The position numbers were made by a program, and so were the translations under genes. The notes under the pieces were generated by a model. That model made no database searches and was not told the origin of the DNA. It worked only from the letters and a program-made list of their open reading frames with translations. A stretch of DNA of 64,000 nucleotides from Catajapyx aquilonaris (taxonomy: Eukaryota), in contig JYFJ02000883.1 of the NCBI GenBank assembly GCA_000934665.2, positions 1 to 64,000 on the forward strand, given 5' to 3'. Positions 63,992 through 64,000 of the stretch are shown here, piece after piece (position 1 is the first letter of the stretch; every line of letters begins with the position of its first letter).

Positions 63992-64000
63992 CCGGACAAC

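Overview
Eukaryotic, intron-rich invertebrate DNA, most consistent with an arthropod (inference from gene content). I reconstructed gene models by hand from GT-AG sites and ORF fragments. The left 39 kb holds three tandem minus-strand CLCA-family paralogs: copy 1 runs off the left edge, copy 2 spans 1663-11678 and copy 3 spans 33675-39140, with a ~22 kb ORF-poor interval between copies 2 and 3. All three have a degenerate HExxH metalloprotease motif, and the two complete ones end in a TM helix, a long cytoplasmic tail and a PDZ-type C-terminus. To the right are a secreted PAN/Apple-mucin-C-type-lectin protein transcribed divergently from CLCA copy 3, two tandem S1 serine proteases with an unusual L/F-D-S-G-G-P active site plus a relic exon of a third, and an unrecognised ~593-aa signal-peptide protein built of Arg-Arg-punctuated charged repeats. 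A CEP162-like gene (minus) and a complete carboxypeptidase B (plus) end the window. Several small DNA-transposon derivatives and a ~650-bp dispersed duplication are also present. The most novel candidate is the RR-repeat secreted protein within a neighbourhood of secreted and epithelial-surface genes.
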